Positions 11,511-24,557 of a stretch of 64,000 nucleotides of DNA are shown here, piece by piece. The position numbers were made by a program, and so were the translations under genes. The stretch lies in assembly GCF_963506605.1 (NCBI RefSeq), contig NC_083282.1, forward strand, positions 8,866,001 to 8,930,000. The letters are read 5' to 3'. The DNA is from Zootoca vivipara (lineage: Eukaryota). How positions within the stretch are numbered: position 1 is the first letter of the stretch; each line of letters begins with the position of its first letter. The notes under the pieces are model-generated. The model was given only the letters and a program-made list of their open reading frames with translations. It was not told the DNA's origin and searched no databases.

Positions 11511-12644
11511 TGCAGTCCAATAGGTTAAGGGATGCACCTTCCAGGGCAAGATCTGGAGCTGACAGGTGGCACCAAGCAAACAGTGGTGGCTTATGGGACA
11601 GCAAGTGGGAGGAGGAGAGCCCCCAACCCCCATTAGCACCCCAGTTGCCTCCAACAAACATGCACTGATGGGTTTGCTGCTGAGCAGCTTTGCCCATTTA
11701 TTGCTTGACAATCCCACTGGTCACCTCTGCTAGAAGCGTAATCTCTGACAATTACTAACGTTAGCCCAAACTTTGGCAGCTGGTGAGAAGAGCGGGTGAG
11801 TTATCACAGGTTTGGCGATGACACGAATCAAGTCGTTGCAAATACAAAACATGACACTTACTTTCCGCGAGTTTTCCGCCTGTGTGTTAACAAGGATAAT
11901 AATTAGAGCCAAAGCAGCAGGGTTGTAGAGCACATCAGGATCCCTGACATGAAAGGGCAAACAGGTAATAACTGAAATTAGACGTGCTGAAGGCATCTTG
12001 CTGCCAGAAGCTCGTACACCCAGTTTCTGGAGGGCCCTGTTCTTGATGACTGACCACAATGTTAATTTGACAGAGGGTTCTTAATGTCAGTTTCTTCCCC
12101 TGCCATATCAAGGAGTCTTCCTCCCCCTCAGCCAGGCGGGGATACGATACGAGGAGGCAGGTGGTGCAAATATATATCACCTTAAGGCAAAAACTAACGA
12201 ATGGGTCAGTAAAGAGATTCTTATTCCCCAAGTCCTACAAAGGCTCCAGGCAGACTGGCTCCTTGCACAAGTCAACCTATCTGAACTGCTCTCCCCTGCA
12301 TTTCTGGGGCCATGAGACTGAAGGAGAGAGCTCGCCACACCTGGACGAGCATGGTTTTCCATTCAGTTGCCGGTCAGGCTCCCCCACAGCCAGGCTCACA
12401 CAATATGAGGGCTCTATGGAGCAGCATAGTAGGGGTAACAAGAACCCCCGGCTGGGTGAGGCTGCCTGTCAGGGTAAGTCCTGTCGAGAGACAAAGGTAA
12501 GATTACTGCTGATCTCTTTTATTTGCATTCCTGCCCTTTGTTAGAAAGGAAACTGGGTGCCATCCTGGGTATAGTTGGAATAGGACCGAAGTTTACTCAC
12601 TGCTCTTTCTTATGAGAAAGAGGCAAACCATGGAGCTGATCTAC

Positions 12645-12989
12645 AGGTAAAGGTAAAGGTACCCCTGACCGCTAGGCCCAGTTGCAGACAACTCTGGGGT
12701 TGCGCGCTCATCTCGCTCTATACGCCGAGGGAGCCGCAAACGGTCCGCAGACAGCTTCCGAGCATGTGGCCACATGACTAAGCCGCTTCTGGCGAACCAG
12801 AGCAGTGCACGGAAACGCTGTTTACCTTCCTGCCGGAGTGGTACCTATCTATCTACTTGCACTTTGACGTGCTTTTGAACTGCTAGGTGGGTAGGAGCTG
12901 GGACCGAACAACGGGAGCTCACCCCGTCACGGGGATTCGAACTGCCAACCTTCCGATCGGCAAGCCCTAGGCTCTGTGGTTTAGGCCAC
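12645..12989 (-). mobile_element. Sauria SINE
   Basis: (AAAGGT)n tail at left. Body is reverse-complementary to the copies at 8607 and 25731. Confidence 0.92.
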
Positions 12990-13594
12990 TATTTCTGCCT
13001 CACTATTGCTAGGGGAATGACAAGTGTTTCTTCTCCCTATTGCTCCCAAATGAATTTGCCAAGTCCAGAGGCCAAACTTGGAAAGATTTTAAAGCACCTG
13101 AAGTGGACCGAAAATGGCACACCCCCTTCCTGCCAGGGGAGAAAGGGTGAGGGAAGATCTCTCTCCACATCAGGAACAAGGGTGGAAGAAATAGGGACAT
13201 CTGGATCTGATGCCCTGGTGAACGCTGCTGCCTGAGGCAGTCACCTCTCCTTGTATCATGGGTGAGCTGGCTCTGGTGTGTTGGGAGAACCCGCAGAGTG
13301 CTAGGGGAAGATCGCTCTAGTGGTGATGGCTCCAGCTGGCAAGATGAAATGCTTGTGCAAATGGACTGTTCATCATAGCACAACACTGAATTCCACCCTT
13401 AGAGGGAATTTTTAGTGAATATCCTGTAATTTCCAGAAAAAGGAGGGAAATCTTAAAGAACCCCACTCTCAATATAGGAGGGAGTTTTTTTTCTGTCTAG
13501 TCCATTCATTAGCATTTTAAAAAATATAAAAAAATATAAAAAATATAAATTCCTAGAGGTTCATTGTGGAAAAGAATTGTGCATATTACTCCAA

Positions 13595-13779
13595 AGGCCA
13601 CGTCTATACCATACATTCAGAACACATTCATAGCATTTTCATGGCTTCCCCCAAAGAATCATGGGAACTGTAGTTTACCACTCACAGAGCTACAATTCCC
13701 AGCATGGTTTACAAACAACAGTTCCCAGCATTCTTTGGGGAAAGTCATGTGCTTTAAATGTATTGAGTGGATATGGCCT
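13595..13779. mobile_element. Palindromic MITE (PIF/Harbinger-like)
   Basis: AGGCCA...TGGCCT ends and inner inverted arms CCCCAAAGAATCATGGGAACTGT / ACAGTTCCCAGCATTCTTTGGGG. Related copy at about 27840-28025. Confidence 0.65.
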
Positions 13780-13811
13780 CTGTCATATGTTAAGTAATTT
13801 CTACAAAAGCT

Positions 13812-14230
13812 CATGTTATTCTAGGCTGCATCAACAAAAGTCTAGTGTCCTGATTAAGGGAAGTCATAGTCCCACTCTGTTCTGCCTTGGTCAGATGACA
13901 CCTGGAATATTGTGTCCAGTTCTGGGCGCCAAAATTTAAGAAGGATGTTGACAAGCTGGAACGTGTGCAGAGGAGGGCAACTAGGATGATCAAGGGTCTG
14001 TAAGCAAAGTCTTATGAAGACCAGTTGAGGGAGTTGGGTATGTTTAGCCTGGGAAGGAGGAGACTGAAAGGAAATCATAGAATCGTAGAGTTGGAAGGGA
14101 CCTAAGGGTCATCTAGTCCAATTCTCTGCAATGCCGGAATCTCAGATGAAGCATCCTTGGAGGTTTTTAAGCAGAGATTGGACGCCCATCTGTCATGGAT
14201 GCTTTAGTTGAGATTCCGGCATTGCAGGAA
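13812..14230 (+). mobile_element. Rearranged CR1: ORF2 fragment (+, 13812-14072), inverted 3' tail (-, 14073-14156), 3' UTR (+, 14157-14230)
   Basis: ILGCIN...[33 protein letters not shown]-like coding remnant, then AATCATAGAATCGTAGAGTTGGAAGGG (reversed tail), then TTGGAGGTTTTTAAGCAGAG.... Confidence 0.85.
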
Positions 14231-14782
14231 CTCAGTAATGTTAATGGGATGTGAACTCTCTAAACATTATTTCCATATACAGCTTGTCTTGAGAACCCTT
14301 CACCATCAAATCCAACATCAGAGTAGCCCTGTGAGATGATGTGTTATCATGATTAGCCGCAAAGCTTTTCCTGGGCTGCATCATTTTAGAATCTAGTTGA
14401 GGAGGCAGCCTGTAGGAATGCTCTCCACAAACAAATCCCCCTGCATGTTGAAAACTAGCATGTCCGGAAAAAGGATTCAGTGAAGTCCTTGGAGAGGAAG
14501 GGAAGGACAGAAATTTGATAAATAAAAAACAAACAAACCAGGCCTCCCCAAAATATTATTTTTATATATTAAGCTTTGTTTACAGAGAGCATTCCCATTT
14601 GTATCTATGAAACTCTTCCACCTGCATCATGAAGTGGTACTGTTCTAATAATGGCTTTGCTGCTTTATTCTGCTGAGTGCATAAACTATGAGAACAAGGA
14701 TAAGGTGGAATTCGAACCCAGATCCAGCACCTTATCCATGAGACCATGCTATGGGTTGTTTTTTGTGTGCATTCCAACATTA

Positions 14783-15109
<327 letters not shown>

Positions 15110-15295
15110 TTAAAACACGGAATGAGAGCAACCGCTTCCAAAGTATCTAGGAGTAGGCTCCAATAGTATGTTTTTACAGAAGGAAAGATAAATGGTAGTA
15201 TTCATTCATACTGCAACTGTCTGTCTTAATCCTGTTGCTGAAACAGGATTCGTCGGTGCCCAATCATCTCATCAGTTTCAGGGAAAAATACCAGA

Positions 15296-15542
15296 TTAGA
15301 CAAATTCATGGAGGACAGGGCTATGAAAGGCTTCTAGCCACAACGGCTGTGCTCTGCCACCACAGATGGAGGCAGCAATGCTTCTGAATACCAGCTGCTG
15401 GAAACCACAGGAGGGCAGAAGGCTCTTGTGGTCAGATTCTGCTTGCTGGTTTCCCACAGGCAACTGTTCTGCCACTGTGATAACAGGATGCTGGACTGGA
15501 TGGGCCACTGGCTTGATCCAGCAGGCTCTTCTCATGTTCTTA
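15296..15542 (+). mobile_element. CR1 3' end, second subfamily
   Basis: TTAGACAAATTCATGGAGG...GCTGGACTGGATGGGCCACTGGCTTGATCCAGCAGGCTCTTCTCATGTTCTTA. Related copy at 29895-30085. Confidence 0.75.
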
Positions 15543-16390
15543 AGATGGGCAAGTGGGTGGGAGGTGGAGAATTCAAGGGGCAGCAGGACAGAAAGGGGTG
15601 TGTGGCATGTTCCTACCATTTTATTCTTCTACTGTAGGTCATTAGGGTGTTTTTTTGGGGGGGGGGAGAAAGACCTTCAACTGCACCCATGGACTCCATC
15701 TCTGTGGGCAAAGAGGGAAATCCACCCTGTTCTGTAGCCTGCAACGTCTGCATATGAAGATATAAATCTCTACAGTCCTACAAAGGACTGCCCTTTCCTG
15801 TGGGGACCCTTCTGAGTATCGTCATCATCTCTGTGTATCCCCAACTTAGACTGTAAGGTGGCTGACGACCGTTGAAAGGGCTGTTTCAATGGTGGCGCCC
15901 CCAGCTTTGGAGTTTTCTCCTCAGCGAGATTCAACTGGCATTGAGCTGATGTCTTTCTTTCCCGATCTCTTTTAGCCTTCGGACACTTGCTGAAGACTTT
16001 TTGTTGTTTCCAGTTGTTTTTAGTATTTGATTTAACTCTTCCAGTTTGCTGCCCACTTTTAATTCTGCTGGTTTCTAAGTGTTTCTTCTTATTATTGTTT
16101 TTCTCATATATCAAGGTGTTTTTATTTTATTGCACTACATACTTTTTAAAATGATGTAAACTGCTGCTTTGGCTGCCTCAACAATATTTATGTATTTTAT
16201 TGTTTTCTCCTGTTGTTTCTCATAAATTGTTATAAAAGGTTGAAGATCGGATTACCAAATTTTTTTAATAAAAATATCTTCCTTTATGAATATGGCTTAA
16301 TATTTAGGCACAAAATGATAAATTATATTATTTCGCAGTTCTCTGATGCAGGGAAACCATCTGAAAGCTGTCAGCAACTGGAAGTCTCTA

Positions 16391-16720
16391 GGTCAGCAAC
16401 CTTTTTCAGCCGTGGGCCAGTCCACCATCCCTCAGACCATGTGGTGGGCCAGACTATATATATTTTTTTGGGGGGGGGGAGGGAAATGAAAGAATTCTGA
16501 TGCCCCACAAATAACCCAGAGATGCATTTTAAATAAAAGCACACATTCTATTCATGTAAAAACACCAGGCAGGCCCCACAAATAACCCAGAGATGCATTT
16601 TAAATAAAAGGACACATTCTACTCATGTAAAAACACGCTGATTCCCGGACTGTCCGTGGTCCGGACTGAGGTGGTGATTGGGCCGCATCCGACCCACAGG
16701 CCTTAGGTTGCCTACCCCTG
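16391..16720. mobile_element. hAT (Charlie-type) non-autonomous element with internal 71-bp-period duplication
   Basis: Ends (G)GTCAGCAACC...GGTTGCCTACCCCTG, with CTCTAG on both flanks. 16502-16565 is repeated at 16573-16636. Confidence 0.8.
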
Positions 16721-17487
16721 CTCTAGACAAAGCCTGGCCATCTGAAGGAGGCCAATTGTTCTGTCTACTGACCAAACCAACCAACCAACCAACCAACCAA
16801 CCAAACATAAAATGGTCTTTAAATGGCATTGACTTTATTTTAAAACGAAACTCTTTACTTCACTTTAGAATAGTTTTTGGGAGAAGGAAGCTATTTTGGG
16901 GAGGGTGCAAGAAACAGAGACCTAAAAGGGGTAAAACAATTTACAGTGTGGGGAAGGGGACGGCTGCTCCCCTCATAGGGACCCACAGCTAGACATGTCT
17001 GCAAGATAAACTGCAGGATTCGGTCAGCAAACACCACTTTGGCGCAAGCAAAACCGTCTACAATTGGCACACCAAGAGTTAAGCTACAGCCAGTGCATTC
17101 AAATAGTAAATAAGTAAAATGCCATGCCCTTGTGTGTGCGGCTGGCCAGACCCTGTAGGCTGTTGCCAATTCCGGTCACATATGCAGCTTTTGCAGGTCA
17201 GCCACATGAGGCTGTGACAGGGAAGGTGGATGTGAGGCCAATTCGAGGGGACACTTAGTTATTGGGGGCATCATGTTCTTCACATGATAAGACCAGACAA
17301 GAAGACTGTTTACACATGCTCTGCATTTATGGCAAAGAAGGATCAGTGCTGTATTTTCATAGCAGGCAGCCCAGTTATAAAATAATTATGGAGCAGTAGT
17401 TTATGTTCAGATTTCCAAGAGTTGCACAAATGTATGATGATCAAGGTGAGAACAGTCAGTAACTAGATCTGAATCATCACGGCTCTG

Positions 17488-17490
<3 letters not shown>

Positions 17491-17556
<66 letters not shown>
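17491..17556. repeat. (CT)n microsatellite
   Basis: Near-pure TC run of about 66 nt. Confidence 0.98.
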
Positions 17557-18269
17557 CTAGTGCCCACAAGTGCAGACTGTTCTATGGCTCTCTCGCACAT
17601 TCGTTTAGATGCTGGAAGTGCACAACCATAAAAGGGCACTTTTCACAACCCACTGATAAATGGTAATAGCTAGTACACTTTTTTAACTAAAAAAGCAGAC
17701 TTTCCGAGGTAAGAAAAGCAATGGAAATCTACAACAGAAGGTGCAGAACAGCAACTACTTACTTGACAGCAACATCACGTAACCTCCGAGTAAATTTTGT
17801 GAAAAATCAGGGCAATTGCTTGATACACACTCTGCCTTGAAGTGGCATCTTTGTTTTTGTAAAACAGCAACCCACCACTCTCTTCCCTGCATCTGATACA
17901 ACTTCAGACAGCCTGAGGTGCAGGCAGCGAAGTGCTGCGGAGTGAATTACGAAAACCATTCCCAATTCTTTGCAATCTGCTTCTCGTTGGTTGTTCAGTT
18001 TTGGAAGAGTGTCATGAATTCTGCCCATCCCTAACATATCTGACCATTGAATGGTTGTATTCTACTGTCATAAAAACAGAAAATTAGCACTAAGCAGAAT
18101 TTTGACCCCTGATCAATATAGTCAATTGAGATTGTATTTTTGTTTTGTTTTGTTTACAGTTTCTGTTTTAAACACCTTTCTTTCATACCTCTCCAAGGAG
18201 ACACCAAATATAAACACAAAAGAACTGTTGTTGGTAAATTAATCAAATTAAAGTTGTGTCAAATCCCCT

Positions 18270-18500
18270 GCAGCCAGCTCCTAGTATCTCTCTGAGGTTC
18301 AGCTCTGAGGGCCTCCTGGCGGTTCCCTCATTGCGAGAAGTGAGGTTACAGGGAACCAGGCAGAGGGCCTTCTCGGTGGTGGTGCCAGCCCTGTGGAACG
18401 CCCTCCCATCAGATGTCAAGAAAATAAACAACTATCTGACTTTTAGAAGACACCTGAAGGCAACCCTGTATTGGGGAATTTTTAATGTCTAATGTTGTTG
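18270..18500 (+). mobile_element. L2 LINE 3' fragment
   Basis: Encodes LRFSSEGLLAVP...RQRAFSVVVPALWNALPSDVK....TFRRHLKATL, a typical L2 ORF2 C-terminus. Confidence 0.85.
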
Positions 18501-18816
18501 TTTTTTTAAAAAAAATTGTCACCCCTCTGATGGGACACCCTCGCCATTCTACTTTCATCTCAGCCTGAAGATGCAGCTCTTTTGTCATGCTCAGTATTTG
18601 GGGGTGACTCCCATGTAGCTACCCCTATTCCATGGCTGTGCAGGAGCATGTGAAAGCACAATTAAGTTATGAGCCCTTGAAGGATTGTAGGCAGCTCCCC
18701 CAAGAGGATGGAGCCACCAGAAGAGAAGGCCTTACCAGTCTCCTTAAGCCTTCAAATGACCATGGCCATTTGCTGACACAACACCTTCCAAAGCTCAGCT
18801 GGCAGCCCCACATGGG

Positions 18817-19053
18817 CATAGCTGCCAACTCCCGGATTGAAAAATCCGGGATCAGCAGCGGCGCGGCAGCGGAAGTCGCTTCTATGCATGTCCAGACATG
18901 CGCAGACAGCTGGGAGCCGGGACATGGCCGCCGGCAGGAGCTGCATTCCAAATCCGGGGGATTTACGGGCTATAAATCCATTCGGGATAACAGCGGGAAA
19001 CGGTAACAAAATACGGGGGTTTCCCGCGAAAAACGGGAGACTAGGCAGCTATG
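18817..19053. mobile_element. hAT MITE (CpG-rich)
   Basis: TIR CATAGCTGCC...GGCAGCTATG; 8-bp TSD CACATGGG / CACCTGGG. Confidence 0.88.
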
Positions 19054-20593
19054 CACCTGGGAGATGTCCAGGGTCTGGCCTGAAGAGGCTCTGGGAATTG
19101 CTACCACCTCCCCAGCAGAGCAGGATAAACAGTAACTGAGTTTCACTGCTTTACCAGAGCAATTTTATACTTTGTGGTGGTGTGTTACTGTGCTGTCAGA
19201 ATGCCAACTTTGTATGCTATACCATCAGAAAACACACACACACACACACACACAAACACACAAATACCTTCAGCCAAAGCCCAACTATCAGAGCCACTGT
19301 AGGTAACGACACCCATGTTCTTTCTTCCCCCCAAATAAGCCAAGTTTCAGCTTGGCTGCTTTCAGCAGAATGCCCCTGAGAATGCCCCTATGTCATCATG
19401 ACGTAGAATAATTCCCAGGGACATTCTTGGGCAAGTGGAAAGACGGCTGTCCCCATTGGCCACTACATCAATGCTGTATCATAGAACTGCTTGAAGCTGT
19501 AGTAAGCCTCTCTCTTTTTTCAATGTAAGAAAGAAGGCAAAGGAAAGAAAGATCTCTGGCCACATCATATTTAAAGGTAAGCACCAGCACTCTGAAAATT
19601 CTTAGACTTTGCCCATTTCTTGAGTGCTGTTGAATACCCTCCTCCCTATTGGGGATGGGGAATGGTCCAGCAAAATTCTGTGTGCGTGTGGGGAGATTTT
19701 CATCTCAGCCGGATCTCTTATTTATCGTCAACAGAGGTTCTATGAGCCAAATGAAAATGCACAGCTGATTCTAGCTTCAAGTCAGATGCTCATTTGGTTA
19801 AAGTAAGAGCAAACGATTACTGATTAAAAAATAAAATAAAATAATTAGCGTTTGCCAATTCCTCAAAGATTAATCCTGTCCTTGGGGAGGGGGCATTGAA
19901 CTGGTGCAGAATTGTTGAAAAGATGCGACAGAAATTTTCAGCACAAAAGTAGTTCAGACTGGTCGAGTACAACTTCAATCTCACAGGGGTTACAAGAAGC
20001 TAACAGCTGGTGTATAGGAAGCAAAGAGAAAAATGCCAGAAGAGCCACAAAGACCACGCCAGTCGCCAAGGTGGAGCAGTGGCAGCAGCAGCCCACATGC
20101 CAGCCTTTCAAGGCTAAGCACTCTGGTTTAAACCTCAATATTCCTGCGAAAATCTGAATAATTAAATTACTTTTGGCAGAAAGCATTTTTAAGGGGGGGG
20201 GGAAGCATTCCAGAACTCAAAAATTAAATACCTTAAATTGCTTCAAAGCGATAGTGGTCAAGCCGCAAATCCTTTTTCAAAGATTTGAGCTTTTTTTGTG
20301 CAATTAAATTTCACTTACGTGAGCGAGATTCAAAACTGACACAGGAAAGGTAACGCGAAATAAAAATAAAAAGCAATGACAATAAAGCAAAAAGCAACAA
20401 TAAAGCAATGTTGCCAGGCATATAGAAGAAATTAGTTAGGTGACCACATTGCGATTCAAAGATGAACGTGAGAAATCTGATGAATCAGAGCTGAATCCAT
20501 GCCCCGACTTTATGCCATTTTGGTGTGTGTGATTGTGCACTGCAGTTTGTGAAGCCCAGCAGCAAACAAAGCAAAATCAATGCCTTGGTGTGA

Positions 20594-20832
20594 ACTGTCT
20601 CAAGCACTTCTTTGGATTTTGACTCCTATAAACCGGTACAATGTCCTGCCTCAGAGTCTGAACTGTCCTCTGCCCCCGACTCTTCCTGCTCTCTAAGCCC
20701 TGTAACTTCTCCTGCGTATGACACTTCCATCACCCGTTCCTTGGCTCTGAGCCGTCTTCCCATGGGCGCTCCCTTGGGGGCTCCCCAGCTGGTGACTCCC
20801 AACACTCTCTGCACCCAGTCAAATATATGATA
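20594..20832 (-). mobile_element. Partial LTR (Gypsy-like), 5' part
   Basis: Minus strand begins TATCATATATTTGACTGGGTGCAGAGAG... and continues as purine-rich GAAGACGGCTCAGAG sequence resembling the solo LTR at 45297. Confidence 0.45.
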
Positions 20833-21039
20833 CTTCCCCATCTAGGCTGTTTGATAGATGGATACTTGCCCAAGGCCACACCAAAACAGGAACTTACCAA
20901 TAAGGTGGTAGCCATATTTAACCCACACTCTTGTCTCTGGCCCATTATATCTCCAACTCCTGGAAAGATTCCATCAACGGTGTCTCCGAAAAATTTTACG
21001 CATCACTTGGGAAGACAGGCAAACTATTATCACTGTACT

Positions 21040-21162
21040 GGACTCATTCACAAAACCGTGTTTATGGAAGACACTCATACTCGGCTACGAGTGATAGAAG
21101 AAGAAGAAGAAGAAGAAGAAGAAGAAGAAGAAGAAGAAGAAGAAGAAGAAGAAGAAGAAGAA
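21040..21162 (+). mobile_element. RTE LINE extreme 3' end with expanded (GAA)22 tail
   Basis: AAAACCGTGTTTATGGAAGACA...TACTCGGCTACGAGTG matches the 3' UTR of the RTE copy at 23054-23372. GAA x22 spans 21097-21162. Confidence 0.85.
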
Positions 21163-21695
21163 TGCTCCCAGATTTAGTCTTGAATGGATCTGGCAGGCAA
21201 ATACTGATGCAAATGATGCTGATGCCAATATTTGGGATCTGGGTACTAGAATGAAAGCTCACCCTGTGCACACTCTAAACAGGATGCTAAGGAGCAATAA
21301 CAATGGGAGAGATTACTCTTCCCTGTTCACCACGCACCCTGTGAACCTTGTTACAAACCTTTTGAAAAAACGGGGAAAGAAAACAGGAGAGAGACTAAGG
21401 ATTAAAACGTGACGGAGATCAGATGCCTGCTTGTTTCATAAAGAGCATTTGCCGAAAAATCACACTAAAGTGGGAGTGGGCTTCAGAAGGGAGATACTGT
21501 TCATATATAAAAAAAAATCTAAGCAATCAGTGTCTGAACTACCATGTGTCTATACAAACACATGATGAATTTATCTTTGCAAAACAGTTCAAGATGGGGC
21601 AACCTAAGTATTATTACTGAGCAATGTATCTTTAACCCATGCCCATGCAATACAAACACTTATTGGACACATATGGCATGCCTCTTTATAGATAA

Positions 21696-21746
<51 letters not shown>

Positions 21747-21786
21747 TTATAACCTGTCCATCCGACTGGGTTTCCCCAGCCACTCT
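21696..21786 (-). repeat. (ATT)17 microsatellite, probably an L2 3' tail
   Basis: ATT array at 21696-21746 followed by an ATAACCTGTCCATCCGACTGGGTTTCCCCAGCCACTCT L2-like terminus. Confidence 0.75.
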
Positions 21787-23053
21787 CCACATAAGTAAAT
21801 CCCACATAGCCTACATTATCCATTTCATTATGATAAAACACATTCATTGGGTAATAATGCAGTTGGAAAGGCGTTGGAAAGGCCAATGTGTCCAAGCATT
21901 TATTTTTGAAAGTCCTACATTTTAGAAGACTGAGGACAAAGGGAATATTTTAAAGCTCTTCTTTACCTCTCTTTAATATAATCAGCCCCACCTACAACAC
22001 CACAGATCTAACACTTATCTTAAGACAATCCATTTCCTAATGCAACAGCCACATGTTTTATTGACATCTGCCTCCCTTGCCCAGTTCTTTCCCAATCTGC
22101 CTGAAATGTACAATGTTAGTTACGAACATACAGCTGGCAGCCTCCAGAGACAGCAAAACTCCAGCCTGCAACTTCAGGAAGGAATAGAATGATGGAAATG
22201 ACAGTTGTGAAAATAACATGAATCTTTACACACTCACATAGAGAAAATGCTATTATGCCATGCTATTAGGTACGCATTCAGATGGAACAGCATTATGATA
22301 ATCTAGTTTGGGTTTGTTAATATATAGTTTTATACATATATAATAGTAGGGCATAATAACACACATTTTGTAGAAACAGGAAGCCATTTAGCAAAACACA
22401 GTGCTGGTGAACTGACAATTTGGAGGATGTTTCATTTATATAGCTGGAACCGCAGCTAGTACAAAGCGGTGTAAATTTAGCAAAACAACAGATTCCTACT
22501 ACATGTGTACTTCTGACTTGATTTGTTGCTTCTTTTTTTGTTCACAGAACTACCGGTACGGGTAATTAGAATTTACCTAAGCATGCCTTTTAGCTCCAAA
22601 ATGCTGAAAGCTTTTTTTTTAAGTGCTTTCCCCATTTATAGGCACCTGCTTAAGAGAAAGGGGCCAATCTTGCCATCTAAAAGAAGAGCTTGCAAATACA
22701 ACAGTGATTCTGTCTTGTGATGCTTTCTTGGAAAAGGCAGATAAGTGATGTGTGCATGGCAAAGTCCGTGGCCTCCAAGCCCCAATATCTTCTTTCTGCA
22801 TGTGACAGTCCACCTAACAGAAGGGGATCCACCAGGGGTCAGCTTTCCAACTTAGTTGTTTATTTATTAAATTTCTATACCGCTTTTCATCCGAGGATTG
22901 CAGGGCAGTTTACAATACGAAAACGCAAAACCACATAACGTAGTAACAAGCAAAACACCTCAGTGTAAGAAAAGAATTCTTGTTTACTGGTGGGGGATTC
23001 TTCCTGTGCTTCTGGGTTAGCACAGCACTGACGTGACAGTCCAGAAAGCTGTT

Positions 23054-23372
23054 CTTCTTCTTCTTTGGCGAACACTCGTAGCCGAGTAAGATTGTCTTCC
23101 ATAAACACGGTTTTAACAACGGGTCCGTAAGTGACTGTGGAGGCCAATTCTGGATCCACGCGTCCTTCCACAGTGGGGACACTGGTTTCCATGCGGGAGT
23201 TGATCACGGTGTGGATTTGCTAAGAGTGCCTTCCTCTTAGCACGTTTCTCCCTTGCGTCCTGAGATCGAGTTCCTTCAAAGCCCATAACACCTTTGGTAA
23301 AGGCTGTTCTCCAACTGGAGCACTCGCAGGCCAGTGTTTCCCAGTTGTCAGTGTTTATACTACATGTTTTAA
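23054..23372 (-). mobile_element. RTE-clade LINE 3' fragment with 11-bp TSD
   Basis: Minus strand encodes ...NWETLACE...QCPHCGRTRGSRIGLHSHLRT (RTE C-terminal zinc-finger-like motif) and ends in a (GAA)n tail. TSD AGAAAGCTGTT at 23043-23053 and 23373-23383. Confidence 0.88.
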
Positions 23373-24440
23373 AGAAAGCTGTTGTGCTGATGGCGACCTA
23401 TGAGTAATTTTTTCACACAGAGCTCAGCATCCTGATCAGAGTACAACCCGCCCTTCTTCCGCACAGCAACACACTGCATAAGCAACACACAGGCAACCTG
23501 CCCGGTACCAGACTTCCCCCTATCTTGCTTCTTCTGGTTTACAACACCCCAGTGTCTGTCTGGCAAGTTCCAGAAAGAGTTAAAATTTAAAAGATATTAG
23601 AAAAAACAGCTCGACTTCATGTAATTTTCAGTCTGTACACAGCATTGCAAGAGAGGTGCTGTAAATACTGAAACATTTCACACGGTGCCTTCTTGCCTAA
23701 AGCTAACTCTACGGAGTCCCGGTTTATTACTCTTTTTTTGGGGGGGGGGGAGAAAGGACACAAATTAAACAATCAGGAAGACAGGCATAGATCGCTCTGA
23801 AAATGTGCTTGCCATTCAGACATCCACTAGAGGGTACTCTTTCTTCACAAAGTAGTGGCACACCTTCAAGAACAAATAATTGCAATAATAAAAAACAACA
23901 TGAAGAGAACACACTCCTTGTTCCCAGACACAATATCCAACTGCTTCTTATCCAACTGTGTCATGGAAACATAGAGGAACCGGAGTCAGTCTTCTTGGGT
24001 ATGAGCAAGGTCAGAATTAGCTCACTTGTTCTACCCAGGGACAAAGAGCTGCCTCTTTAAACCCTATTCAAAAGAGCAATGGGGCCATGCAGGAGTATGG
24101 ATCTCTCTGAATTCCTCTGTCTCTCCATTCCAGGTCTGTATTTTGCCTTGACCTCAAGCCTGCAGTTGTTGGGGGAGAGCACCCATGTGCAGTTTTCAGC
24201 CTGCAGGTGGGGCCTCTAGTGAACAGGGTTCACCTATTGTGAAGTACCGGAGCAACTCTCAGGCTTACATTGCCCCTCGCTCTCGGCAAAATGGGGTGCA
24301 CGGTGGTGGGACAAGCACTTGGGTCGTCCAGGATTTTTTACAAGCATAAAATGGAGTGCATGCATAAGCCCAAGATTCCTTCCTACAACCCACTGGTATA
24401 TGTGTCCGTTTGCATGTATGTGTGTCTTTGTGTTCACGTA

Positions 24441-24472
<32 letters not shown>

Positions 24473-24557
24473 CTCTCTCACACACACTGTATGCATGTAT
24501 ATACTGAAAAATTTTCCTCATCTTGGATTAAAATTTGAGCTACTGATTAATCTAAAC

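Noticed and set aside
20827-21895. Poly-E, poly-R, poly-L and poly-I ORFs
   Set aside because: They are translations of (GAA)n and (ATT)n microsatellites.
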